Source: Planctomycetota bacterium | GTDB taxonomy: Bacteria; Planctomycetota; B15-G4 | Assembly: GCA_038212275.1 (NCBI GenBank) | Contig: JBBQUR010000029.1 | Span: forward strand, 1-44,753 | DNA: 44,753 bases | Direction: 5' to 3' | Part shown: piece by piece, positions 1-8,541 of the stretch | How positions within the stretch are numbered: position 1 is the stretch's first letter | Layout of the letters: each line of letters opens with the position of its first letter | Translations under genes and position numbers: made by a program | Notes under the pieces: generated by a model | What the model was told of the DNA's origin: nothing | Seen by the model: only the letters and a program-made list of their open reading frames with translations | Database searches by the model: none

Positions 1-348
1 CCGCCCCCGGAACGCCGCGCTTCGCTTCAGCCAGCCGAGGGCTGGCTTCGCGCGGCTCCCCCCGTCCCGCTCCAACGGCATCGGCTACGATGCCCGTTGA
101 GGCTTAACCATGTGTCCACCGAAATGGGGCAAGGTCAGATCGAGAGGGGCGAGGCCGTGCCCAGTGTCCCAAGTGCAGGAAGCTGGCACCACCCGGGACT
201 CCGCGCCGCTCGTGTGGCGCTGCGCCTTTCTTCCGCGCGAGCCGCGGCGTTAGGCTCTGCGCGCTGCGATCCGCACCGGGACCCCGCGTTCCGGCCGGAT
301 CGTCCTGCCCGAGTCGTTCTACCCGGCCCGCTTCGCGAGGTTCCCGCC

Positions 349-1428
349 GTGCTGCGCCTGCCCGCCTTCACCTACGCCGCGCCGGACAGCGTGGACGGCG
401 TGCTGGCCGCGCTCGCGGCGGCGCCGGGGCGCGCGCGCGTGATCGCCGGCGGCACGGACCTGCTGCCCAATCTCAAGCATGGAATCGAAGAGGCGGACGT
501 CGTCGTGTCGCTGCGGCACGTCGCGGAGCTGCACGGCATCAGCGAGCTGCCCGACGGCACGCTGCGCATCGGCGCGACGACCAGCCTGCAGGACGTCGCG
601 GCACACCCGCGCGTGCGCGCCGAGTTCCGCTCGCTGGCGATGGCGGCGGGGCTCGTCGCCGGGCCGCACCACCGGCGCATGGGCACGCTGGGCGGCAACG
701 TGTGCCTCAACACGCGCTGCGTCTACATCAACCAGACGCACTTCTGGCGCTCCGCGCTGGGCTTCTGCCTCAAGAAGGACGGCGAGGTCTGCCACGTGGT
801 CAAGGGCGGCAAGCGCTGCGTGGCCGCCGCGAGCAACGACACCGCGCCGCCGCTCATGACGCACCACGCGCGCCTGCTGCTCGCGCGCCGCGACGCCGCG
901 ACCGGCGCCGTGCACCGCCGCGAGCTGCCGCTGGCCGAGTTCTTCGTGAAAGACGGCGTGCACAACAACACGCTTGCGCCCGACGAATTGCTGCTCGCCG
1001 TCATCGTGCCGCGCCCGCGCTCCGGCACCCGTTCCGCCTACGTGAAGCTGCGCCCGCGCGACAGCATCGACTTCCCGCGCCTCGGCGTGGCCGTGGCGTT
1101 CGAGCTGCGCGGGGCGGACGGGCAGGGCGTGGCCGGCGCGGCCGGCGCGGCCCGCTCGACGCACGGCGCGGGCGGCGCGACGCGCGCGCTCAGCGTGCAC
1201 GACCTGCGCATCGTCGTCACCGCGCTGGCCGCCGTGCCGCAGCCGCTGCGCGACGTGGGCGCGCTGGTCGAGGGCAAGGCTGCTGGCGAGGCGCTGTGGG
1301 ACGAGATCGCCGCCGTCGCCCACAAGCAGTGCCACCCACTCGCCAACATCGATGGCGACGCTGCCTGGCGGCGGGAGATGGTGCCGGTCTTCGTGAAGCG
1401 CGCGATGCGGGCTGCGGTGGGCGGATAG
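349..1428 (+). CDS. FAD-binding subunit of a xanthine dehydrogenase-family molybdoenzyme (4-hydroxybenzoyl-CoA reductase beta subunit/HcrB-like)
   Basis: Motifs IAGGTDLLPNLK and GTLGGNVC, a Cys-rich insert (RCVYINQ...CLKKDGEVCHV...RCVAA) typical of the HcrB [4Fe-4S] insert, and KLRPRDSIDFP. GTG start at 349 chosen from the (M)LRLPAFTY N-terminus. Confidence 0.85.
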   Translation: MLRLPAFTYAAPDSVDGVLAALAAAPGRARVIAGGTDLLPNLKHGIEEADVVVSLRHVAELHGISELPDGTLRIGATTSLQDVAAHPRVRAEFRSLAMAAGLVAGPHHRRMGTLGGNVCLNTRCVYINQTHFWRSALGFCLKKDGEVCHVVKGGKRCVAAASNDTAPPLMTHHARLLLARRDAATGAVHRRELPLAEFFVKDGVHNNTLAPDELLLAVIVPRPRSGTRSAYVKLRPRDSIDFPRLGVAVAFELRGADGQGVAGAAGAARSTHGAGGATRALSVHDLRIVVTALAAVPQPLRDVGALVEGKAAGEALWDEIAAVAHKQCHPLANIDGDAAWRREMVPVFVKRAMRAAVGG

Positions 1429-1430
1429 GC

Positions 1431-2279
1431 GTGGCGCGAGGGGAAGACTGGTCCGCTTTGGAAGTGGAGGCTGCCGTCGCTGACTACATGGAGATGTTCA
1501 CCGCGGAGCTTCGAGGTGAACCTGTCGTCAAGGCCGAACACAATCGACGCCTTCAATCGGTCCTTGATGGACGCAGTCACGGGTCTGTGGAGTTCAAGCA
1601 CCGAAACATCAGTGCAGCGCTCGACGAGCTGAACCTTCCGCACCTGAGCGGCTATGTCCCAGCCTCCAATCGACAACAGATCCTCTTCCAGCATGTCGAC
1701 GCGCGACTGGCGCGGGACCCCGAACTCATGGCTCTCATCAAGCAACATGCCGAAGCTGCGTTCAAAGCTGAACGGAGTTGGGCGCTGCTTCCGAGCTTCG
1801 AAGCGCCGCCTTCCGCGCGTGAACCAGGCACCTCCGGAGCTGAGCCGCTCCCGCGAGCCTTTCGGCCGCCAGTGAACTACCTTGCTCGCGAGGCGGCCAA
1901 CTCTTCGCTTGGCAGAGCCGGTGAGGATCTCGTCCTTCGCATTGAAGAGACGCGACTTTTCAAGGAAGGTCGCGCCGACCTTGCTCGAAAGATCGAGCAC
2001 ACGTCCGTCTGCGAAGGAGATGGCGCAGGCTTTGACATCCACTCTTTCGAGCCCGATGGAGGCGATCGCCTCATCGAGGTCAAGACGACCGGCTATTCGA
2101 AGAGCACGCCGTTCTTCGTGACCTGCAATGAACTGGCGGTCTCCACTGAACGCGCGAACTGCTATCACCTCTATCGAATCTTCAACATGCGAGCGATGCC
2201 GCGCCTGTTCTCACTGCAGGGGGCGCTCGACCGAACGTGCGTCCTTCTCCCCGAGGTCTACAAGGGTCGGGTTGCTTGA
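1431..2279 (+). CDS. DUF3883/NOV_C-domain PD-(D/E)XK nuclease-like protein
   Basis: C-terminal LGRAGE...GDGAGFDIHSF...RLIEVKTT...FFVTCNEL...YHLYRIF. N-terminal DWSALEVEAAVADY...RSHGSVEFKHRNISA domain. Codon style is less GC-biased than the flanks. Confidence 0.8.
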   Translation: MARGEDWSALEVEAAVADYMEMFTAELRGEPVVKAEHNRRLQSVLDGRSHGSVEFKHRNISAALDELNLPHLSGYVPASNRQQILFQHVDARLARDPELMALIKQHAEAAFKAERSWALLPSFEAPPSAREPGTSGAEPLPRAFRPPVNYLAREAANSSLGRAGEDLVLRIEETRLFKEGRADLARKIEHTSVCEGDGAGFDIHSFEPDGGDRLIEVKTTGYSKSTPFFVTCNELAVSTERANCYHLYRIFNMRAMPRLFSLQGALDRTCVLLPEVYKGRVA

Positions 2280-2659
2280 CCGCGAGTGACGAGCCCACGC
2301 ATGTCCGCCTCGTGTACCTCTATCGCGATGGCGACAACTACAAACGCCTCAGTGACGTCGTGGTCGACAATGAAGACGGGCTGTCCGTCACGGAGGCTGG
2401 CTCACGCCTTCGTGTAGCGTGTGAGAGTGGGCAGTGGTTCAACGCGGCTCAAGTCGGACTTGCCGAGTTGTTGTTCGAAGACGGCGTCGACGACTCGGAC
2501 CACTCCTGGCACGAGTTCGTGTCCCTCGTCCCCACGGCCGACGCCGTCTCGGAGACGCGCTCCCTGACCAGACTGGTGTGCGAGTTCGAGCGCACGTCGA
2601 GGTCGGGCTGGCGGATCGACTTCGACCGCCTTGATCCGGATGCCGCGTGCGATCGGTGA
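2276..2659 (+). CDS. Conserved hypothetical protein (YLYRDxxNYK...DHxWHEF type)
   Basis: TTG start overlaps the upstream TGA (TTGA). Globular-looking sequence with YLYRDGDNYK, WFNAAQVGL and DSDHSWHEF motifs. Confidence 0.65.
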   Translation: MTASDEPTHVRLVYLYRDGDNYKRLSDVVVDNEDGLSVTEAGSRLRVACESGQWFNAAQVGLAELLFEDGVDDSDHSWHEFVSLVPTADAVSETRSLTRLVCEFERTSRSGWRIDFDRLDPDAACDR

Positions 2660-2738
2660 CGTGAACGGCGGCGGCCTGAGGTTGCCCGGGGGCGGGCCTT
2701 CGGCTGGCCGTCCGGCCGTCGCGAGGACGTTCCGCGAA

Positions 2739-2775
2739 GGTTGAAATCTTAACGGTGAGTGTTAAGATTTCAACC
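2739..2775. promoter_or_regulatory. Perfect 15-bp AT-rich inverted repeat (operator-like) just upstream of the AAA ATPase start
   Basis: GGTTGAAATCTTAAC-ggtgagt-GTTAAGATTTCAACC; one base separates it from ATG 2777. Confidence 0.7.
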
Positions 2776-2776
2776 C

Positions 2777-3955
2777 ATGCCAGAGCAGGCTTCCGGACTG
2801 GACCGCCCCCGACACCAGCGCGAACTGGCGAAGCTTCTGAAGCGCTCGCCGGTCGTGGCCATCCTCGGCGCGCGGCAGGTCGGCAAGACCACGATCGCAC
2901 GCACACTGGCGGGGCGGGTGTCGAAGCGCATCACGACGTTCGACCTCGAGGATCCTGGGGACGTGAAGCGGCTCGGGGATCCCGGCCTGGCGCTGCGTAC
3001 GCTGAAGGGGCTCGTCATGCTCGACGAGGTGCAGCGGAGGCCGGACATCTTCCCGTTGCTGCGCGTCCTCGCGGACCGGCCCCGGACGCCGGCGAGGTTT
3101 CTCGTGCTCGGCAGCGCGTCGCCAGATCTGCTGCGGCAGGGTTCCGAATCCCTCGCGGGTCGTATCGCGTTCCACGAGCTGGGCGGTTTCGACCTCGAGG
3201 AAGTCGGCTCAGGCGCATGGCGCCGCCTGTGGCTGCGCGGAGGCTTCCCGCGATCCTTCCTTGCGACGAGCGACGTGGCGAGTTTCGATTGGCGCCGCGA
3301 CTTCATCAGCACATTTCTGGAGCGGGACATTCCACAACTCGGAGTGGCGATTCCCGGCAGGACGCTGCGCCGCTTCTGGTCCATGCTCGCGCACTGGCAT
3401 GGCCAGATCTGGAACGCATCGGAGTTTGCGCGCGCGTTCGGGGTCAGCGTTCCGACCGTGGGCCGATATCTGGACCTGCTCGCGGGCACCTTTGTCGTGC
3501 GTGTCCTTCCCGCATGGCACGAGAATCTCTCCAAGCGGCAGGTGAAGGCGCCCAAGGTCTATGTCGCCGACAGTGGTCTTCTGCACACATTGCTCGGCCT
3601 GCGCACCGAGCACGATGTGCTTGGGCATCCCAAGGTCGGTGCCTCATGGGAGGGCTTCGCGATCGAGCAGGTCATTCGTCGACTGGGCGCGCACCGCGAC
3701 GAATGCCATTTCTGGGCGACACACTCGGGATCGGAACTCGATCTCCTCGTCGTCCGCGGTCGCCAGCGCCTGGGATTCGAGGTGAAGCTCACGGAGGCAC
3801 CGTCGCTGACGCGCTCGATGCACGTGGCGCTCGAGGATCTGGGACTCGCTCGGCTTGATGTCCTGCATGCGGGCGAGCACACCTTTCCGCTCGCGCCGCG
3901 TATCCGCGCCGTGGCGCTGGCCAACCTGCTGTCCGACATCGCGCCGCTTCGCTGA
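2777..3955 (+). CDS. AAA_14 ATPase with C-terminal DUF4143 domain
   Basis: Walker A GARQVGKTT, Walker B LDEVQ, ESLAGR, RGGFP, KRQVKAPKVYVADSGL, and C-terminal ELDLLV...GFEVK. Confidence 0.9.
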   Translation: MPEQASGLDRPRHQRELAKLLKRSPVVAILGARQVGKTTIARTLAGRVSKRITTFDLEDPGDVKRLGDPGLALRTLKGLVMLDEVQRRPDIFPLLRVLADRPRTPARFLVLGSASPDLLRQGSESLAGRIAFHELGGFDLEEVGSGAWRRLWLRGGFPRSFLATSDVASFDWRRDFISTFLERDIPQLGVAIPGRTLRRFWSMLAHWHGQIWNASEFARAFGVSVPTVGRYLDLLAGTFVVRVLPAWHENLSKRQVKAPKVYVADSGLLHTLLGLRTEHDVLGHPKVGASWEGFAIEQVIRRLGAHRDECHFWATHSGSELDLLVVRGRQRLGFEVKLTEAPSLTRSMHVALEDLGLARLDVLHAGEHTFPLAPRIRAVALANLLSDIAPLR

Positions 3956-4121
3956 TGGTCAGCCCACGTCAGGCTTGTCCCTCGGTGCCGTTTGATGGCT
4001 GGCGGGCCTCGCGTACGCTGTCGCGGTCGTGACAGTCCTTTCGCTCGATCCTGTCGCAATGCCCGAAGCTTGAAGAGGCGCTCATGATCACTGAAACCAT
4101 CAAGGCCAACAGGCTGCCCTG

Positions 4122-5693
4122 ATGCAGGGCTCGCGCGTCCAGCGCCTCCTTGATCTCGTCGAGCGCGCCGGCAACCGGCTGCCGGATCCGGCGGTGCTGT
4201 TTCTGCTCGGGTTGTTCGCGACATGGGCGCTGAGCAAGGCGCTGTCGGGCGTGGCCTTCGACGCGATCGATCCGCGCACGATCAGCGCGGCCGACCCGGC
4301 GGGCAGCGCGATCCGCGTCAACGACCTGCTCACGCTGCCGGCGATGGCCACCTTTCTCACCCGCATGGTGACGGTGTTCACGGACTTTCCGCCGCTGGGC
4401 ATCGTGCTCGTCGCGCTGCTCGGCGTGGGCGTGGCGGAGCATGCGGGCTTCATCGGCGCGGCGCTCAAGGCGCTGCTCAAGCTGACGCCGGCGAAGCTGC
4501 TGACGCCGATGCTCATCCTCGTCGCGCTCATGTCGCACGCGGCGGCGGATGCGGGCTTCGTGCTCGTCATCCCGATCGGCGGCGTGCTGTTCCTCGCGGC
4601 GGGGCGGCATCCGCTCGCGGGCATCGCCGCGGCATTCGCCGGCGTGTCGGGCGGATTCTCCGCGAACCCGCTGCCGTCGAGTCTCGATCCGCTGCTCTCG
4701 GGACTCACGCAGGCCGGCGCCGCGGTGCTCGACCCGTCGCTCGCGGTGAATCCGCTCTGCAACTATTTCTTCACGGCCACGTCGTCGCTGCTCATCATCG
4801 GCCTGGGCTGGTGGGTGACCGATCGCGTCATCGAGCCGCGCCTGCGCGGCGTGGCGGTCGATGGCGACACGTCCGAACTCCCGAAGTTCGAGCCGCTCAC
4901 GGCGCGCGAGCGCAAGGGACTCGTCGCGGGCCTGCTCACGCTCGGAGTGTGCCTCGCGCTCATCGCGCTGTGGGCGCTGCCGGTCGACTCGGCGCTGCGC
5001 GCACCCGACGGCTCGCTGAGCAAGGCCGGCAGCGCGGGCTCACCGGGCGCGCCGCTCATGGGCGCGATCGTGCCGCTCATTTTCCTGCTCTTCGTGCTGC
5101 CAGGCGTCGTGCACGGCTACGTCGCCGGCACGTTCCGCAGTCATCGCGACATCATCACCGGCATGTCGCGCGCCATGGGCACGATGGCCTACTACCTCGT
5201 GCTCGTCTTCTTCGCGGCGCTGTTCATCGACGCCTTCAACCGCAGCAATCTCGGCGCGCTGCTCGCGCTGGAGGGCGCCGCATTCCTGAAGTCCGTCGGT
5301 GCGTCGAACGTGCTGTCGATGCTCGGGCTCATCGTCGTCGCGGCGTGCGTGAACCTCGTCATCGGCTCGGCCTCAGCCAAGTGGGCGCTGCTCGCGCCGA
5401 TCTTCGTGCCGATGTTCATGAGCCTCGGGCTCTCGCCCGAACTCACGCAGGCCGGCTATCGCGTGGGCGACTCATGCACCAACATCATCACGCCGATGAT
5501 GCCGTACTTCCCGCTCGTCGTCGTCTTCTGCCAGCGCTACGTGAGATCCACCGGCATCGGCACGCTGACCTCGCTCATGCTGCCGTACAGCGTCGTGTTT
5601 CTGGTCGCGTGGGTCGGATACCTGCTCGTCTACTGGCAACTCGGCCTGCCCCTTGGCGTGGACGCGCCGTACGGATACCTGCCGATGCGGTGA
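4122..5693 (+). CDS. abgT: AbgT family transporter (p-aminobenzoyl-glutamate transporter-like)
   Basis: ERAGNRLPDP, FPPLG, GRHPLAGIAAAFAGVSGGFSAN, SASAKW and YRVGDSCTNIITP motifs; many TM segments. Confidence 0.92.
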   Translation: MQGSRVQRLLDLVERAGNRLPDPAVLFLLGLFATWALSKALSGVAFDAIDPRTISAADPAGSAIRVNDLLTLPAMATFLTRMVTVFTDFPPLGIVLVALLGVGVAEHAGFIGAALKALLKLTPAKLLTPMLILVALMSHAAADAGFVLVIPIGGVLFLAAGRHPLAGIAAAFAGVSGGFSANPLPSSLDPLLSGLTQAGAAVLDPSLAVNPLCNYFFTATSSLLIIGLGWWVTDRVIEPRLRGVAVDGDTSELPKFEPLTARERKGLVAGLLTLGVCLALIALWALPVDSALRAPDGSLSKAGSAGSPGAPLMGAIVPLIFLLFVLPGVVHGYVAGTFRSHRDIITGMSRAMGTMAYYLVLVFFAALFIDAFNRSNLGALLALEGAAFLKSVGASNVLSMLGLIVVAACVNLVIGSASAKWALLAPIFVPMFMSLGLSPELTQAGYRVGDSCTNIITPMMPYFPLVVVFCQRYVRSTGIGTLTSLMLPYSVVFLVAWVGYLLVYWQLGLPLGVDAPYGYLPMR

Positions 5694-5699
5694 ACGCAC

Positions 5700-5797
5700 G
5701 ACGAGCGGCTCGCGCACGACCGGCTCGCGCAAGACGAGCAGCTCGCGCAAGACGAGCAGCTCGCGCAAGACGAGCGGCTCACGCGCGACGAGCGGGC
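5700..5797. repeat. Imperfect 18-bp tandem repeat (GACGAGCAGCTCGCGCAA)
   Basis: About 5-6 degenerate units between the convergent abgT and beta-propeller stop codons. Each unit contains the near-palindrome CGAGCAGCTCG. Confidence 0.8.
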
Positions 5798-5861
5798 GAT
5801 GCGCGCACGCCGCTCGGGCGACGCACCCGCGTCACTCGGGTGCCCTGCGCGCGTCGTGCCA

Positions 5862-8222
5862 TCAGTTGTGGAAGGTGAAGCGGATCGCGTTGCTCAGCGT
5901 GATGCCCGAGGGGTGAGCCGCGCCGGCGTCGAGCGCGGCGCACTGCGTGACCACCGAGACGCCGACGAGCACCGGGTCGAGCGGCAGCAGCGCGGGGATG
6001 GAGAATGTGCCGGCGCCGCCGACACCGGGCGCGCCGCCGATCGGGAACGCGACGATGTCGAGCAGCGTGCCCACGTGGAAGCTGCCGCCGAATTTCGGCA
6101 CGTTCGTCTCCGAGAGTCCGTAGGCGAGGAAGGCCGGCGCGCCGCCGAGGAAGCGGTCGCCGCCGATCGCGAAGGTCGTGCTGCCCAGCTGCGGCAGCCC
6201 GCCCGACAGGAAGTGGCGCGGCGCGAAGCCGGCCGTTCCCGCCGTGCCGGCACCGAGCTTGACCACCGGGCAACCACCGGGAAGTTCCCAGAGCGAGGCG
6301 GAGGTGGTGCCCACTTCGAGCGTGCCGCTGGCCGTGTCCAGCGCGAGGGCCGCGCCGTTCGCACCCAGCGGCACGTCGAGCGCCACGTGGAAGCTGTCGC
6401 CGTGATCGGTGGAGACGAGCACGTGCCCCGACGCATCGCTGACCCACATCATGTGCGGGAACTGCGGGTGCAGCAGCAGGTCGTTGTTCTCGTGCAGTCC
6501 GACGCCGAGCGACTGCCAGCTGGCGCCGCCGTTGCTGCTGCGCCAGAGGCCGCTGCCCGTGTCGCCGCGGTACATGAGGCCCGGCTCGAACGGATCGAAG
6601 GCCAGCAGCATCGCGATGCCGCTGCCCGGCCACGGCGCCTGCAGCGGCCCCCAGGCCTGGCCGCTGTTGGTGCTCACGGCCCAGCGATTGTTGTAGGCGA
6701 GCTGCACGACGCGGCCGGGCACGAACGGGTCGAAGGCCACGGCCTGCGTGCCCCAGGCGGTCGTGCCCGGGACCTCGATCCACGAGCTGCCGCGGTCGGT
6801 GCTGCGCAGGATGGCGGCGTTGCCGAAGTCGCCGGGGAAGATGCCCGCCACCAGTTTGTTCGGGTTGCTCGGGTCGAAGGCGAGGTCCTTCACGACGCCG
6901 GCGCCGGAGCGCTCGTAGGCCTTCGTGAAGGCCGCGCCGTTTCCGGTCTCGACGTAGATGATGGCGTTGTCGAAGAAGGCGCCGACGCCGCCGGAGATCC
7001 AGCGCGTGGCATCGGCGGGATCGACGGCCACGACGCGCGTGTCGGCGCCGAGGTCGGCGTGAAACTCGGTCGGGGTCGGGGCCGCGCCCGGCAGGCCGGC
7101 GTAGACGCCGCCGCCAAGTGCGAGCACGCGCAGTCCGCCCGGCTGGGCCACCGCCACGTCGCGGATCAGCGCTGTGAGGAAGCCGATGTGCTCCCACGTG
7201 GTGGGCGTGCCCGCCGGCATGCGGTACAGGCCGCCGCCCGACTGGTCGTAGAGCCCGCCGCCGTCGCAGCCGAGGTAGCGCTTGCCGTTCGGGCCCGTGG
7301 CGACGGTGAGGGGCAGCGGCGTATTCACCGGCCAGCCGCCGGTGGCGTTGATCCACGTGTTCCCGTCATCGGGCGTGAAGACCACCGAGGTGAGCGTGCC
7401 GTACCAGAGACCGTCCGGTGCCGGCGCGAACCACTCCGAGTTGCCCGCGGCCACCGGGTTGGTGACGGCCTGAAACGTGACGCCGCCGTCCGTGCTGCGG
7501 GTCAGCCCCGAGAAGGTGCCCGCGAAGACCAGGTTCGGCTGCGTGGGCGACACCGTGAGGCATTGGGTCCAGGTGGAGAACGGCCCGGCGTCCACGAAGG
7601 ACAGCCCGCCGTCCGTGCTCTTGAGGACGCCGCGGGTGAGCGTGCCGAGGTACGCGGTCGAACCGTCCGCGGAGTACGCCACGGAGTCGAAGAAGTCGCC
7701 CGCGAAGGGCACCACGCTGGAGGCGAGCGTCCAGGGCGTGCTGCCGTCCGGCGAGTGCCAGGCATTGAAGGCGTCGATCACCAGCACGTCATCGCCGACG
7801 GCAGGGAGCGCGATGCGCTTGAGCTCTTCGGTAGAGGTGAAGCGCACGCTCCACGTCGCGCCCGCATCCGACGAGTGCATGAGGCGCATGCCGTCCAGCG
7901 CGTAGATGCCCGTCGCGCTGGTCGGATCGCGCACCAGCTTTTCCACGCCGTTCGTGAGGCCCGTGCCGAAGGGCGCGAAGGTGATGCCGCCGTCCACCGA
8001 GCGCATGAGTCCGACGGTGTAGGTCGCCAGCAGGATCACGTTCGGGTTGAAGGCATCCACCAGGATGGAGGATGTCGAGCCGCCGAGCGGGCCCAGCGGC
8101 ACGGGCTCGCTGGCAGGCTCGAGTTGCGCTGCCAACGGCGCCACGAAGGCCGGACCGGAGGCGAGGGCGAAGCCCAGGACGAGGGCGACGACTGCAGGCA
8201 GGGACACCGCGGAAGGCTTCAT
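5862..8222 (-). CDS. Secreted BNR/Asp-box beta-propeller protein (VPS10/Ycf48-like) with planctomycete-type C-terminal domain
   Basis: Signal peptide and repeated S-x-D-G-G-x-T/S-W/F boxes (SVDGGITF, STDGGLSF, STDGGVTF, STDRGSSW, SSNGGASW). C-terminal GAGTAGT...TQCAALD...GITLSNA domain. Confidence 0.85.
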   Translation of the reverse strand: MKPSAVSLPAVVALVLGFALASGPAFVAPLAAQLEPASEPVPLGPLGGSTSSILVDAFNPNVILLATYTVGLMRSVDGGITFAPFGTGLTNGVEKLVRDPTSATGIYALDGMRLMHSSDAGATWSVRFTSTEELKRIALPAVGDDVLVIDAFNAWHSPDGSTPWTLASSVVPFAGDFFDSVAYSADGSTAYLGTLTRGVLKSTDGGLSFVDAGPFSTWTQCLTVSPTQPNLVFAGTFSGLTRSTDGGVTFQAVTNPVAAGNSEWFAPAPDGLWYGTLTSVVFTPDDGNTWINATGGWPVNTPLPLTVATGPNGKRYLGCDGGGLYDQSGGGLYRMPAGTPTTWEHIGFLTALIRDVAVAQPGGLRVLALGGGVYAGLPGAAPTPTEFHADLGADTRVVAVDPADATRWISGGVGAFFDNAIIYVETGNGAAFTKAYERSGAGVVKDLAFDPSNPNKLVAGIFPGDFGNAAILRSTDRGSSWIEVPGTTAWGTQAVAFDPFVPGRVVQLAYNNRWAVSTNSGQAWGPLQAPWPGSGIAMLLAFDPFEPGLMYRGDTGSGLWRSSNGGASWQSLGVGLHENNDLLLHPQFPHMMWVSDASGHVLVSTDHGDSFHVALDVPLGANGAALALDTASGTLEVGTTSASLWELPGGCPVVKLGAGTAGTAGFAPRHFLSGGLPQLGSTTFAIGGDRFLGGAPAFLAYGLSETNVPKFGGSFHVGTLLDIVAFPIGGAPGVGGAGTFSIPALLPLDPVLVGVSVVTQCAALDAGAAHPSGITLSNAIRFTFHN

Positions 8223-8275
8223 GGCGCAGCTCTCGAAAGGCGGGGGTGCGAGGCCCCGCTGCGGAGCCCCTGAAA

Positions 8276-8290
8276 AGTTTCCGGGAAACT
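8276..8290. promoter_or_regulatory. Palindromic operator candidate 1 (AGTTTCC-G-GGAAACT)
   Basis: Perfect 7-bp arms in the divergent intergenic region. A second copy lies at 8444-8458. Confidence 0.6.
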
Positions 8291-8443
8291 ACCGGGAGTC
8301 TCCGGATCGCGCAAGTGGGAAGGCCGAAATACCCCCCGACGTCCCAGCGAGGCTCCTCCAGGATCGGCTCGCCCAACCGTCAGGAAGGGGCCTTTCAGGC
8401 GCATGGCAGTCCAGTACCCAGGACGTGGGTTGGCACTTCGCAA

Positions 8444-8458
8444 GGTTTCAGGGAAACT
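8444..8458. promoter_or_regulatory. Palindromic operator candidate 2 (GGTTTCAGGGAAACT)
   Basis: Matches copy 1 at 13 of 15 positions; shared core GTTTC-N3-GAAAC. Confidence 0.55.
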
Positions 8459-8541
8459 GTGACGTGCCCCGTGGCTGAACCGCCACTGGACAAGCGAGAA
8501 TCGAGTCCGCACATGGGGCCTCGCCACCACCGCGCCCCCTG

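Noticed and set aside
97..348. N-terminal extensions given by the ORF track (e.g. starts at 97, 702, 25285, 33847, 41573, 42285)
   Set aside because: They lack homology-like content. Downstream starts fit family N-termini and RBS or overlap signals better.
3956..4121. Possible gene remnant between the ATPase and abgT
   Set aside because: Too short, with no identifiable motif.
5700..5797. Tandem repeats as a possible CRISPR array
   Set aside because: The units are contiguous with no unique spacers and there are no cas genes. The same applies to the arrays at 9942-10090 and 27640-27705.
5799..8273. Long antisense or alternative-frame ORFs (e.g. 5799-8273 +, 13464-15266 -, 23766-26087 +, 40405-42858 +, 43760-44746 -)
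   Set aside because: They are shadow ORFs of real genes caused by high GC3 and carry no family motifs.
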